A stretch of DNA of 64,000 bases, taken from an uncultured cyanobacterium. GTDB taxonomy: Bacteria > Cyanobacteriota > Cyanobacteriia > Phormidesmidales > Phormidesmidaceae. Below the pieces are notes generated by a model. That model searched no databases. It saw only the letters and a list, made by a program, of their open reading frames with translations, and was not told the DNA's origin. The translations under genes were made by a program, and so were the position numbers. The stretch is from NCBI GenBank assembly GCA_963793265.1, contig CAWBZI010000001.1:160001-224000 (forward strand), written 5' to 3'. Shown here piece after piece: positions 31,599 through 41,181 of the stretch (the first letter of the stretch is position 1; each line of letters begins with the position of its first letter).

Positions 31599-33239
31599 CT
31601 AGTCGGGTGACGAGGCAACCATACTTAGGGCCACGGCCTCTGCTACCTTAATGCCGTCAACCGCAGCCGAGAGAATACCGCCTGCGTAGCCTGCACCTTC
31701 TCCTGCTGGGTAAAGTCCTTGGGTATTTAAGCTTTGGAAGATGTCATTGCGTTTAATGCGGATAGGCGAAGAGGTTCGTGTTTCTACACCTGTAAGGACG
31801 GCATCGTTCATCGCAAAGCCTTTGATTTGTTTGTCAAAGGCGGGGATGGCTTCGCGGATAGCAGCGATCGCATACTCCGGCAAACTCTCACTCAAATCAC
31901 CTAAGTGCACCCCAGGCCGATAAGACGGCTTCACCTCACCCAGCTTAATTGAAGGTCTGTCAGCCAAAAAGTCTCCGACTAGCTGTCCGGGAGCCTCGTA
32001 GGTGCCACCGCCCAACTCAAAAGCCCTTTGTTCTAGCTTCCGCTGAAACGCCATGCCCGCTAGAGGATCGCCAGGATAGTCTTCTTCAGGGGTGATGCCT
32101 ACAACAATCCCGCTGTTGGCATTTTTACCACTGCGCTCGTATTGGCTCATGCCGTTGGTCACCACGCGCCCCGGCTCAGAGGTCGCAGCGACCACCTGCC
32201 CGCCCGGACACATGCAAAAGCTATAGACCGTTCGACCGTTGGAGCAATGATGAACAAGTTTGTAATCGGCGGCTCCTAGAATCGGATGTCCAGCACTTTC
32301 TCCATAGCGGCACTGATCGATTAAAGGCTGAGGATGCTCAATGCGAAAGCCGACAGAAAAAGGCTTAGGTTCAATGTAGACGCCCTGAGCGTGAAGCATT
32401 TCGAAGGTATCACGAGCGCTGTGTCCGACGGAAAGAACAACGTGATCGCTAGCGATAAATTCTCCATTTTCTAGCGTCACGCCTTTTACCTGTTGGCTTT
32501 CTCCAATCTTTTCTACTTCCAGCTTTTCTACTTCCAGCTTTTCTACTCGGCTTTGAAAGCGAATTTCACCGCCGAGCGCAATGATCTGATTGCGAATGTT
32601 TTCAACAATCTTGACAAGTCTGTAGGTGCCGATATGAGGCTTGCTGATATACAAAATTTCAGGCACCGCGCCATTCTCTACTAGCTCGGTGAGCACTTTG
32701 CGCCCATGATGGTCGTTGTCTTTTATGCGGCTGTATAGCTTGCCGTCTGAGAAGGTGCCCGCACCGCCTTCGCCAAACTGCGCATTAGATTCGGGATTGA
32801 ACTTGCGCTTGCTCCAAAAGCCGAAGGTGTCTTGCGATCGCTCATGAACCGCCTTCCCTCGCTCTAGCACAATTGGCCTAAAGCCCATCTGCGCCAGCAA
32901 TAGCGCCGAAAACATCCCGCAAGGGCCGACCCCAATCACAATCGGACGAGTATTCAGATCAGCAGGCGCTTGAGCCACATATTTGTATGTCATATCGGGC
33001 GTAGACGAAACGCGCCCGTTCTTTTTAGCCTGTGACAGTATCTTCTTTTGCTTGGGCGTCTCAATATCGAGCGCATATACCAGCGAGATCGCATCTCGCT
33101 TGCGAGCATCATAACTGCGTTTAAAAACCGAGTAGCCCTTTAGCTCCTTAGGAGAAATCTTGAGCTTTTGAAGAATCGCTGAACGCAAGTCTTCTTCTGT
33201 GTGATTTAGAGGTAGTTTAACTTCTTTGAGACGCAGCAT
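31599..33239 (-). CDS. NAD(P)/FAD-dependent oxidoreductase (uncharacterised FAD dehydrogenase family)
   Basis: IGVGPCG, FGEGGAGTFSDGKL, FCMCPGG, GEGAGYAGGI. Confidence 0.9.
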   Translation of the reverse strand: MLRLKEVKLPLNHTEEDLRSAILQKLKISPKELKGYSVFKRSYDARKRDAISLVYALDIETPKQKKILSQAKKNGRVSSTPDMTYKYVAQAPADLNTRPIVIGVGPCGMFSALLLAQMGFRPIVLERGKAVHERSQDTFGFWSKRKFNPESNAQFGEGGAGTFSDGKLYSRIKDNDHHGRKVLTELVENGAVPEILYISKPHIGTYRLVKIVENIRNQIIALGGEIRFQSRVEKLEVEKLEVEKIGESQQVKGVTLENGEFIASDHVVLSVGHSARDTFEMLHAQGVYIEPKPFSVGFRIEHPQPLIDQCRYGESAGHPILGAADYKLVHHCSNGRTVYSFCMCPGGQVVAATSEPGRVVTNGMSQYERSGKNANSGIVVGITPEEDYPGDPLAGMAFQRKLEQRAFELGGGTYEAPGQLVGDFLADRPSIKLGEVKPSYRPGVHLGDLSESLPEYAIAAIREAIPAFDKQIKGFAMNDAVLTGVETRTSSPIRIKRNDIFQSLNTQGLYPAGEGAGYAGGILSAAVDGIKVAEAVALSMVASSPD

Positions 33240-33490
33240 AGAAGGGAAAGTGGGCTAGGAAGGATTTAGAAAATGCCCTGTAGCTTCAGCTCAAATCCGG
33301 GCAGAACAGATTCGCCTGAGAGACGCAAAGGGCTAGATAGAATTTCTACCGATCTGCCTGGGCGATAGATTTCAACCTGCTTGTCCTTACGATTGATTAA
33401 CCAATAGTCTATCTTGAGAGCGGTTGAATAGACGGTTTGAGGTTATTTCATCTGGGTAAGGGCACAGAGATATATTCTAGGCAAAAATGG

Positions 33491-34900
33491 CTACTTGCCA
33501 ATACAAAAGCGGCTGAAGATTTCGTCGAGCATAGATTCTGTCATTTCTTCGCCAGTTACTTCGCCTAGCGCATGAATGGCCGTGCGTAGGTCAATTGTCC
33601 AAAAGTCTAAGGGCAGCTCGTTTTGAATGGTGGTCTGCACTTCAGCTAAGGCCGATTGGGCTCGGAGCAGGGCGGCTGCTTGGCGCTGGTTGATGGCAAT
33701 ATCGGTATCAGCCGCCGCGAGATTACCGCTGTGAACAGCCTTAAGAATAGCTTTCTCTAAAGCCTCAATGCCTTTTGACTGGGCGGCTGCGGTATAGACG
33801 GTAGCAGCGTTAGGAAGATTTTCAATGGTCTTGTTTGTTAAGTCTGTTTTATTCACCACTAAAATATGAGATTTGTTGCTTATTTGCGCGTACAAAGAAT
33901 CCTCAGCTTCTCCCCAGCCCTGGCTAGCATCTACAGTAAGAAGAACAAGATCAGCGGCTTGAGCAGCAGATTGCGATCTGGCTATGCCAATCTTTTCCAC
34001 TTCATCTACCGATTCTCGAATGCCCGCGGTATCGAGTACCCGCACGGGAATGCCGCCGACAGTTAGCTGAGACTCGACGACATCGCGAGTGGTGCCTGGG
34101 AGGTTTGTCACAATGGCGCGATCGCTCCGACTCCAAGCATTGAGCAAGCTAGACTTACCGACATTAGGCTGACCGATAATCGCGATTTTTATACCAGAGC
34201 GCAACAGTTCACCCTGACGTGCGCTCGATAGAATATGGGCGATTTGTGCCATGATCGCTTCGAGCTGCGATCGCACCTCATCCTCATCAATTGGCGGCAA
34301 ATCGTCTGCAAAATCCACCCGCGCCTCAACACTTGCGAGCACGTCTAAACACTGTGATCGCAACTGCCTAATCACGCCTGCAAGCTTTCCTCGAATACCC
34401 ATCAGCGCATTCTGCGCCGCCTGCGGTGACTGCGCGCCGACCAAATCAGCCACGCCCTCAGCCTGCGTCAAATCTAGCCGTCCGTTCAAAAAAGCCCGTA
34501 GCGTAAACTCTCCTGGCTGAGCGAGCCTGGCCCCCTGGCTAATACAGAGCTGTAGCACCTGCTGCACGGCCATAATACCGCCATGACAGTGAAACTCCAC
34601 CACATCTTCACGCGTGTAGGAGCGAGGAGAGAGCATGAGCAAAAGCAGAGACTCATCAATGACAGCCTGCGTGTCGGGTGATCGCACGTACCCATACAAA
34701 ATACGATGGCTCTCCCATACCTGCTGACCGGGCGCGTGAAACAGCGCTTGGGCAATCGCGATCGCCTCCACCCCCGAAAGTCGCACAATTCCCACGCTTC
34801 CCTGCTGCGGCACAATGGCCGTGGCGATCGCAACAATGGTTTCGCCCTGAATGATATCAGGAGAGACAGTAGGAGAAATAGAAGGCTGAGAAACGGACAT
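33491..34900 (-). CDS. mnmE: tRNA modification GTPase MnmE/TrmE
   Basis: [18 protein letters not shown]-terminal FCIGK. Confidence 0.97.
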   Translation of the reverse strand: MSVSQPSISPTVSPDIIQGETIVAIATAIVPQQGSVGIVRLSGVEAIAIAQALFHAPGQQVWESHRILYGYVRSPDTQAVIDESLLLLMLSPRSYTREDVVEFHCHGGIMAVQQVLQLCISQGARLAQPGEFTLRAFLNGRLDLTQAEGVADLVGAQSPQAAQNALMGIRGKLAGVIRQLRSQCLDVLASVEARVDFADDLPPIDEDEVRSQLEAIMAQIAHILSSARQGELLRSGIKIAIIGQPNVGKSSLLNAWSRSDRAIVTNLPGTTRDVVESQLTVGGIPVRVLDTAGIRESVDEVEKIGIARSQSAAQAADLVLLTVDASQGWGEAEDSLYAQISNKSHILVVNKTDLTNKTIENLPNAATVYTAAAQSKGIEALEKAILKAVHSGNLAAADTDIAINQRQAAALLRAQSALAEVQTTIQNELPLDFWTIDLRTAIHALGEVTGEEMTESMLDEIFSRFCIGK

Positions 34901-35100
34901 GCAAAAATAGACGGCTGAAGAATAGACACCTTAAGAAACAGGCGCTCGGAAATGGTAGCTGATACTGTAAAAGTAAGTCTACTGCTTTGTAACTTCTCAG
35001 CGAATCTTCAGGTACCGCTATTTGGCCAAGCGGGTCACTACTATAGAATGGTGGTAGATCAAGAACAAAAAAGAACAAAGATTATCGTAACTGAGCACCC

Positions 35101-35832
35101 ATGCTAGATCCTGCTTCAAAACCTAATGTATCTGGTCAGGAGGCAAGCGCAAGCTATGGATCGAGATATGAGTATCCACATGGTATGAGTGCCAGAAGCC
35201 ATACGAGCCAAGTTCTTGAGAAGCCAAAGCAGTTACCAGAGCAGCCGTTGAAAAAACGCGATAGTAGACGCCCCTCTCTTCCTCAGAACTTTTTGCTCAA
35301 ATGGCTACATGCTCGCTATTGGCAGCGATTGCTACGCTATTTTTACATTCGTTTTTTGAGAATGCGGAGCAGTCCGAAGGCGATCGCACGGGGTATGGCC
35401 GCTGGGGTATTCGCCGGATCTTTTCCGCTGCTGGGTCTGCAAACTATTATTGGCGTTGCGATCGCCTCCTGCATTCGGGGCAATAAAGTCGTCGCCGCTG
35501 CGAGCACCTGGATCAGCAATCCTTTTACCTACGTCCCGCTGTTCGCGCTCAATTTTCACATGGGTCGCTGGCTGCTGCGTTTGCCAAGCATCGAGCTGCC
35601 CTCTTCGGCAGTCGGCATCAGAGTGTGGATGGAGATGGGCATGGGCGTAGTGGCAGCGCTGATGCTCGGATCTTTTATTACGGGCATTGTGTTTAGCATT
35701 GCGGGCTACTACGCTGGTCTGCGGATAGGGCGGCGCGTTCGGACGATTAAAGCGGCTAAAGCAAGACGCAAAAAGCAAATGCGATCAGAACAGATCACGA
35801 TAGAGGCTGGTTCTGACGAAAGCCGTTACTAA
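35101..35832 (+). CDS. DUF2062 domain membrane protein
   Basis: SPKAIARGMAAGVF...TWISNPFTYVP. Confidence 0.88.
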   Translation: MLDPASKPNVSGQEASASYGSRYEYPHGMSARSHTSQVLEKPKQLPEQPLKKRDSRRPSLPQNFLLKWLHARYWQRLLRYFYIRFLRMRSSPKAIARGMAAGVFAGSFPLLGLQTIIGVAIASCIRGNKVVAAASTWISNPFTYVPLFALNFHMGRWLLRLPSIELPSSAVGIRVWMEMGMGVVAALMLGSFITGIVFSIAGYYAGLRIGRRVRTIKAAKARRKKQMRSEQITIEAGSDESRY

Positions 35833-35916
35833 AACTGAAACCTGAGAGTCCTTCGCTAGAGCGCCTTGTAAGCTGATGAATAGTTGTTCCATTCACTGAG
35901 TTTGCAAGTCATCTCT

Positions 35917-36702
35917 ATGTCAAAAGCTATGTCAAAAGCTAACCTGAATCATTCCTGGCGTCGTTTGCGCCATTCAGCCGCGATCGCCTCTTTCCTGCTA
36001 GTGCCTATCGCCGGCTGCACGCTACTGCCTACAGCCGCCAAAGCGCAGCCCGCTATGTCTTCAGCCTATCAGCAGCCCGAGCAAACGCTGAGTGTGACTG
36101 GCCAAGGTATCCAAACCATTCCGACCACCCTCACAGAAGTTAGATTGGGCGTGCAGGTTGAAGCAGAAACGGCTGAAGAAGCGCAGCAGCAGGCCGCGCA
36201 AAGGTCTACGGCGGTGATTGAGTGGGTGCGATCGCAAAACGTAGACAAGCTGCAAACCGCCGGTATTTCGCTCTCACCTCGCTACGACTACAGCGGTGAA
36301 CGTCAGGTGCTCATCGGCTATCAGGCGACCAATACCATTAGCTTTAGGGCTCCGACTGAAGCTGCCGGGGTCATTATTGACGAAGCGGTTGAGGTAGGGG
36401 CAACCCAAATTGACGGGGTGAGCTTTGTTGCAGATGATAGTGCGATCGCTGCGGCTCGTCAGCAAGCGCTACAGGCCGCGGTGCAAGATGCTCAGGAGCA
36501 GGCTGATACTGTGCTAGCCGCGCTAGGGCTTTCTCGCCAGGAGATTGTTAATATCACCATTGGTTCTGTCAGTGCGCCGCCACCAGCACCCGCCGCACCT
36601 AGAGCAGCACGCGCGTTGAGTTCTGAGGTAGCAGCAGATACGCCCATTATTGGGCAAGAGCAATCTATTAATGCTCAAGTTACATTGCTGATTGCTTATT
36701 GA
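35917..36702 (+). CDS. SIMPL domain (DUF541) protein
   Basis: Signal peptide, LSVTGQG, LSPRYDY, IGYQATN. Confidence 0.88.
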   Translation: MSKAMSKANLNHSWRRLRHSAAIASFLLVPIAGCTLLPTAAKAQPAMSSAYQQPEQTLSVTGQGIQTIPTTLTEVRLGVQVEAETAEEAQQQAAQRSTAVIEWVRSQNVDKLQTAGISLSPRYDYSGERQVLIGYQATNTISFRAPTEAAGVIIDEAVEVGATQIDGVSFVADDSAIAAARQQALQAAVQDAQEQADTVLAALGLSRQEIVNITIGSVSAPPPAPAAPRAARALSSEVAADTPIIGQEQSINAQVTLLIAY

Positions 36703-36828
36703 GGATCTGAGGGCTAATAATTTTCTGGGCCATACGCCCCTACCGGTTAAATAACTACTTTCGTTGCTGGTTCGGCGTATGGGTGTCTTCAACTGGGTAA
36801 AATGTGCCCGAGAGAAACGCGGAAATAT

Positions 36829-39000
36829 ATGCTGGGACAGACGCTCGCTGGTCGCTATAAGCTTACGCGCATTTTAGGAGCGGGTGGATTTGGACAAACT
36901 TATTTAGCGATTGATACTCAAAAGAGCAGTCGGCCTCAGTGTGTTGTGAAGCAGCTTCAGCCTGCTAGCCAAGACGCTAATTTTTTGACGGTGGCACGTA
37001 GGCTGTTTGAAACTGAAGTAAAAACCCTAAAGCGACTGGGCTTCCACGGGCAAATTCCAGCCCTGGTAGACTCCTTTGAAGAAGACAGCGAGTTCTATTT
37101 AGTTCAAGAATATATTGACGGACAGTCGCTAGAAAATGAGATTAAGCAAAAAGGCCAGTTCTCAGAAGCGGACGTTGTTGCCCTCCTAGAAAGCGTGCTG
37201 CCCGTGCTGCGCTTCATTCACGAAAATCATGTGGTACATCGCGATTTGAAGCCAGACAATCTGATTCGCCGCCGCCATACGGGTGAGATTGTGCTGATCG
37301 ATTTTGGTGCGGTAAAGGAGATTCGCACGCGGGTGCTCACGGGCGAGCAAACTGCGCTGACGATTGGCATTGGCACTCAGGGCTATACGCCGAGCGAGCA
37401 GCTATCGGGCAAACCGCGCTACAGCAGCGATATCTATGCGCTGGGGATGACGGCTATTCATGCGGTAACGGGGCGATCGCCGACCGATCTTCCCGAAGAC
37501 TTCGACAGCCTAGATCCACGCTGGCAAGACTATGCAGAGGTCAGCCCTGGGCTGGCAATCCTGCTGGGCAAAATGACCCGGCACTATATCTATCAGCGCT
37601 ATGCCAATGTTGCAGACGTTGAGCACGACTTGAACCGGCTAGATGAGCTACCGGCTGAGGCCGCTGCTGCAGCAACCTACGTAGAAACATCGATTCCGCA
37701 GGATGCTTTTGTTAGTAAAGCACCCGTGCGATGGCGAATGCGCAAGCGGGCTCGGATTGTAACGGCTGCGATCGCTACCGCACTGACCAGTGCTTTTATC
37801 CTTGGCCTACAGCAAAAGGGGGCTTTTGTAGAAAGCGAGCTAGCCGCGCACGACTGGTTGGTGAGTACACAGCCTGATCAAGGCCCCGATCCTCGGCTGC
37901 TGATAGTTGAGATTACAAAAGATGACTTAAGTCGGCTCGGTGTTGCGACCCCAACCGATGCCTCAGTCGCAACCGTCATCGAAAACCTTCAAAAACATGA
38001 GCCAGCCAGCATCGGACTAGATTTGCTACGTGGCGTAGAGTATGCGCCAGGCCTTAGGCAGCTACAAGAGAGCCTCAAGAGCCGCAACGTCTTTGCGACC
38101 GCAAAGATTGGATCTCAGCCGGGCGCTGGCCCTGACTCGCCGCCTATAGGCATGACCTCTGATCAAATCAGCTTCAGCGACATCGTGACCGACTCCGACT
38201 TCATGGTGCGGCGATCGCTCATTCGTGACGCTTTGCCTGACGAGATTATCGATAGCGAAAGGGATCAAAATTTAGGCAATGACATCAACAACCCAGCGCC
38301 TGAGCCAGTAGACCAAAATATCTACTCTTTGAGCATTGATTTGGCTATTCACTACCTTGATAGTATTGAGAACGTTAGCCCGACTGGAACAGATCCCTTG
38401 CAGATAGGCGATGTCATCTTCAGGACAATCACCCCTACCTTCGGCGGCTATCAGTATGAAAAAGTTTCAGGCTATCAAATATTTATGCAATATCGCTCGC
38501 CTAAAAACGTAGCCCGTCGCATTAGCTTTTCGGATGTTTTAGATGACGACTTTGACGGGGCGCTGATTGAGAACAAAATTGTGCTAATCGGATCTACAAC
38601 AGCCGACGGACAGGACTTATCATTTACTTCTTACAATACAGGGGGTAACGATGAAAAAATGCCCCGCGTCATCTTACACGCTCAGGTCATCAGCCAAGTT
38701 CTCTCCGCCGTGATCGACGGTAAAACCCTTCCTTGGGCGCTACCGGACTGGGTGGAGACAATATGGATTGTCGCGCTCACCGCAGCAGGTGGCACGCTGA
38801 TGGTACTCACCCAGAAAGGGCCTGTGCTGATCGCCTTTGGCCTTAGCGGGCTATCTGTTGCCTGCCTGGTCAGTGTTGTATGCTTTCAGTTCGGCGGCTG
38901 GGTACCGATGTCGGCACCGATGAGTGCATTTTTCTTGTCCGCTGCCGGAGCACGTATCAGCAAAAGCTATCAACGCAGACATTGGGAGGCCAAACAATAA
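36829..39000 (+). CDS. Ser/Thr protein kinase with C-terminal CHASE2 domain
   Basis: LGAGGFG, VVKQL, HRDLKPDN, DFG; then TM, CHASE2 (PDPRLLIVEI, IGLD, KIVLIG) and 3 TMs. Confidence 0.92.
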   Translation: MLGQTLAGRYKLTRILGAGGFGQTYLAIDTQKSSRPQCVVKQLQPASQDANFLTVARRLFETEVKTLKRLGFHGQIPALVDSFEEDSEFYLVQEYIDGQSLENEIKQKGQFSEADVVALLESVLPVLRFIHENHVVHRDLKPDNLIRRRHTGEIVLIDFGAVKEIRTRVLTGEQTALTIGIGTQGYTPSEQLSGKPRYSSDIYALGMTAIHAVTGRSPTDLPEDFDSLDPRWQDYAEVSPGLAILLGKMTRHYIYQRYANVADVEHDLNRLDELPAEAAAAATYVETSIPQDAFVSKAPVRWRMRKRARIVTAAIATALTSAFILGLQQKGAFVESELAAHDWLVSTQPDQGPDPRLLIVEITKDDLSRLGVATPTDASVATVIENLQKHEPASIGLDLLRGVEYAPGLRQLQESLKSRNVFATAKIGSQPGAGPDSPPIGMTSDQISFSDIVTDSDFMVRRSLIRDALPDEIIDSERDQNLGNDINNPAPEPVDQNIYSLSIDLAIHYLDSIENVSPTGTDPLQIGDVIFRTITPTFGGYQYEKVSGYQIFMQYRSPKNVARRISFSDVLDDDFDGALIENKIVLIGSTTADGQDLSFTSYNTGGNDEKMPRVILHAQVISQVLSAVIDGKTLPWALPDWVETIWIVALTAAGGTLMVLTQKGPVLIAFGLSGLSVACLVSVVCFQFGGWVPMSAPMSAFFLSAAGARISKSYQRRHWEAKQ

Positions 39001-39908
39001 ATTCTCTACAGCCGCAGGACTTACGCTCACTCATTGAGGCGCTTAAACCATTAAGCGGCCTGCCTAAACCGCCCTCTGGTCAACTGGATAGCTCAGCGCT
39101 AGACGGCTGGTCTTTAGCAGGCAGAGATCCAGATGTCTTTCGGCATATTATGCCGCTCATGGGCTGGCTGTATGACCATTACTATCAGATCAGTACGGAT
39201 GGATGGGAGCATATTCCAGCCGACGAAACGGTGATGATGGTGGGCTCGCACAATGGCGGAATGCCTGCGCCTGATATGCACATGATGCTCTATGACTGGG
39301 TGCGTCGCTTTGGCCCGCAAAAGCCGCTGTATGGGCTGATGCACCCTAGCGTATGGGCAGCTTTTCCAGCCGTTGCTCACATTGCAGCGAGAATGGGCGC
39401 TGTGAGAGCACATCCTAGAATGGGAATTGCAGCGCTAAATAAAGGGGCGAGTATTGCGCTGTATCCAGGGGGTGCGCAAGATATTTTTCGGCCCTATTCG
39501 ATGCGCCACAAGATATATTTTCACAACAGAAGAGGCTTTATTAAGCTTGCGATTAAAAAGGCAGTGCCGATTGTGCCGATGATTTCTGTTGGCGCACACT
39601 CTACCCTAAGGGTATTAGGCGATATTTATCCGCAGGTAAAACAGCTTCACGACTGGGGGATACCCTGGGCGTTTGGCATTGACCCGGAAGTCTTTCCGAT
39701 CTATCTCGGACTGCCTTGGGGTATTGCGTTTGGCCCTATTCCAAATATTCCACTGCCTTTGAAGATACATACTCGCATTTGTGAGCCGATTCGGTTTGAG
39801 CGAACGGGGGCTGAGGCTTTGCGCGATCGCAATTACATAGACGCTTGCTACAACCGCGTACAGGCCAAAATGCAGCAGGACTTAGATGCATTAGTAGCAA
39901 GCACTTAA
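38982..39908 (+). CDS. Lysophospholipid acyltransferase family protein
   Basis: GSHNGG...D, LYPGG, GFIKLA; start uncertain (TTG 38982). Confidence 0.85.
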   Translation: MGGQTINSLQPQDLRSLIEALKPLSGLPKPPSGQLDSSALDGWSLAGRDPDVFRHIMPLMGWLYDHYYQISTDGWEHIPADETVMMVGSHNGGMPAPDMHMMLYDWVRRFGPQKPLYGLMHPSVWAAFPAVAHIAARMGAVRAHPRMGIAALNKGASIALYPGGAQDIFRPYSMRHKIYFHNRRGFIKLAIKKAVPIVPMISVGAHSTLRVLGDIYPQVKQLHDWGIPWAFGIDPEVFPIYLGLPWGIAFGPIPNIPLPLKIHTRICEPIRFERTGAEALRDRNYIDACYNRVQAKMQQDLDALVAST

Positions 39909-41134
39909 CCCAATACAACAGGCAGATGCTTGTACGTATGCCAGCCGGGTTTGACATCTAGCTTTAGCGCCGATGGTTCTATAGCCAAACGTAAGTTTGG
40001 ATTACGCTTTAATAAATTAGCTAGCGCAATCTTTGTCTCCATTCTTGCTAAAGGGGCTCCCAAACATGAATGAATACCGCTGCCGAAGCCGAGATGTTTG
40101 TTAGGAGAACGCTCAATATCGAATACTTCTGGATTCTTAAACACAGCGGGATCGCGATTGGCCGCGCCTAGAAAGGGGAAAACCGCAGACCCTTTAGGAA
40201 TCCTGACGCCGTGCAATGTCACATCTTCTAGAGCATAGGCAGGCTTCGTACTATGAACAGGGCCGCTATAGCGCAAAATCTCTTCTACGGCTGACTCAAT
40301 GAGATCGGGCCGTGCTCTAAGTTTCTCTAGCTGATCGGGGTGTTGCAAAGGCGCAAGTACGCCATTAGTAATAAGCTGTACCGTGGTTTCGTAGCCTGCA
40401 ACAATCAGCAAAAAAACCATAGCAACCAACTCATCTTCGTTGAGCTTTTCGCCTTCATCTTCGGCCTGAATCAGCTTAGTAAGAATGTCATCTTGAGGAT
40501 TAGAACGCTTGCGCTCAATCAGCCTGCGGACAAACTTAGACAAGCGCGGCATATCCCAAAACACCGTGCGCACCATTGACCAGCCCGAGAAACCGTTTTT
40601 CAGGGCAGTGAGGCCGTCTTGAAATTTGGGCATATCTTCATCATCTACGCCCATCATTTCTTGAATGACTGTGACTGGAATAGGTAGGGCATAAGCTTCT
40701 TTAAGATCGACAGTTCCTTTTTTCTCTGCCTTGTCTAGCAAATCGTGGGTTAACTGATCGATTCGCGCCGACATCTTTTCAAGAGAGTGCCGAGTAAATG
40801 CCTGATGCACCAAATTTCTCAGCCTGCGGTGGTCAGGTTCGTCTTCAGTAATCATACTTTGCGCTATAAGCTGAACGGCTTTAGGCATTGGGAAAGGCAT
40901 TCTACCGCCACCTGTTGCTGTCGTACGGTTGCGGACGAAGCGCGGATCTTTAAGAAAGTTCACGCAGTCGTCGTAGCGAGAGAGTACGTAGACATTTAAG
41001 ACGCTCAGTTTACCGCGGAAGACGGGCGACTCCTCACGCAGCCATTTGTAGTACTCGTATTTGTTGTTGGCAAACTCTTTAGAGTTTAGATTGAGCGGAA
41101 GCTGCAACTTGTGAGGGGTCTGTGTGGTAACCAT
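39905..41134 (-). CDS. Cytochrome P450 (CYP107-like)
   Basis: AGYETT, EILR, FGSGIHSCLG heme motif. Confidence 0.95.
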   Translation of the reverse strand: MVTTQTPHKLQLPLNLNSKEFANNKYEYYKWLREESPVFRGKLSVLNVYVLSRYDDCVNFLKDPRFVRNRTTATGGGRMPFPMPKAVQLIAQSMITEDEPDHRRLRNLVHQAFTRHSLEKMSARIDQLTHDLLDKAEKKGTVDLKEAYALPIPVTVIQEMMGVDDEDMPKFQDGLTALKNGFSGWSMVRTVFWDMPRLSKFVRRLIERKRSNPQDDILTKLIQAEDEGEKLNEDELVAMVFLLIVAGYETTVQLITNGVLAPLQHPDQLEKLRARPDLIESAVEEILRYSGPVHSTKPAYALEDVTLHGVRIPKGSAVFPFLGAANRDPAVFKNPEVFDIERSPNKHLGFGSGIHSCLGAPLARMETKIALANLLKRNPNLRLAIEPSALKLDVKPGWHTYKHLPVVLG

Positions 41135-41181
41135 TGACCGTCATCTCCTAATAACGCTTGCTCTGATAACTATCACGACCT

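Noticed and set aside
33299..33360. c-di-GMP-I (GEMM) riboswitch, suggested by GGCAGA...GACGCAAAG
   Set aside because: No GNRA tetraloop/receptor stem, and it is on the + strand while both flanking genes are on the minus strand
36730..36782. Structured RNA upstream of the kinase (CCATACGCC/GGCGTATGG)
   Set aside because: Single 9-bp stem with a weak interior; most simply a terminator-like hairpin after the SIMPL gene
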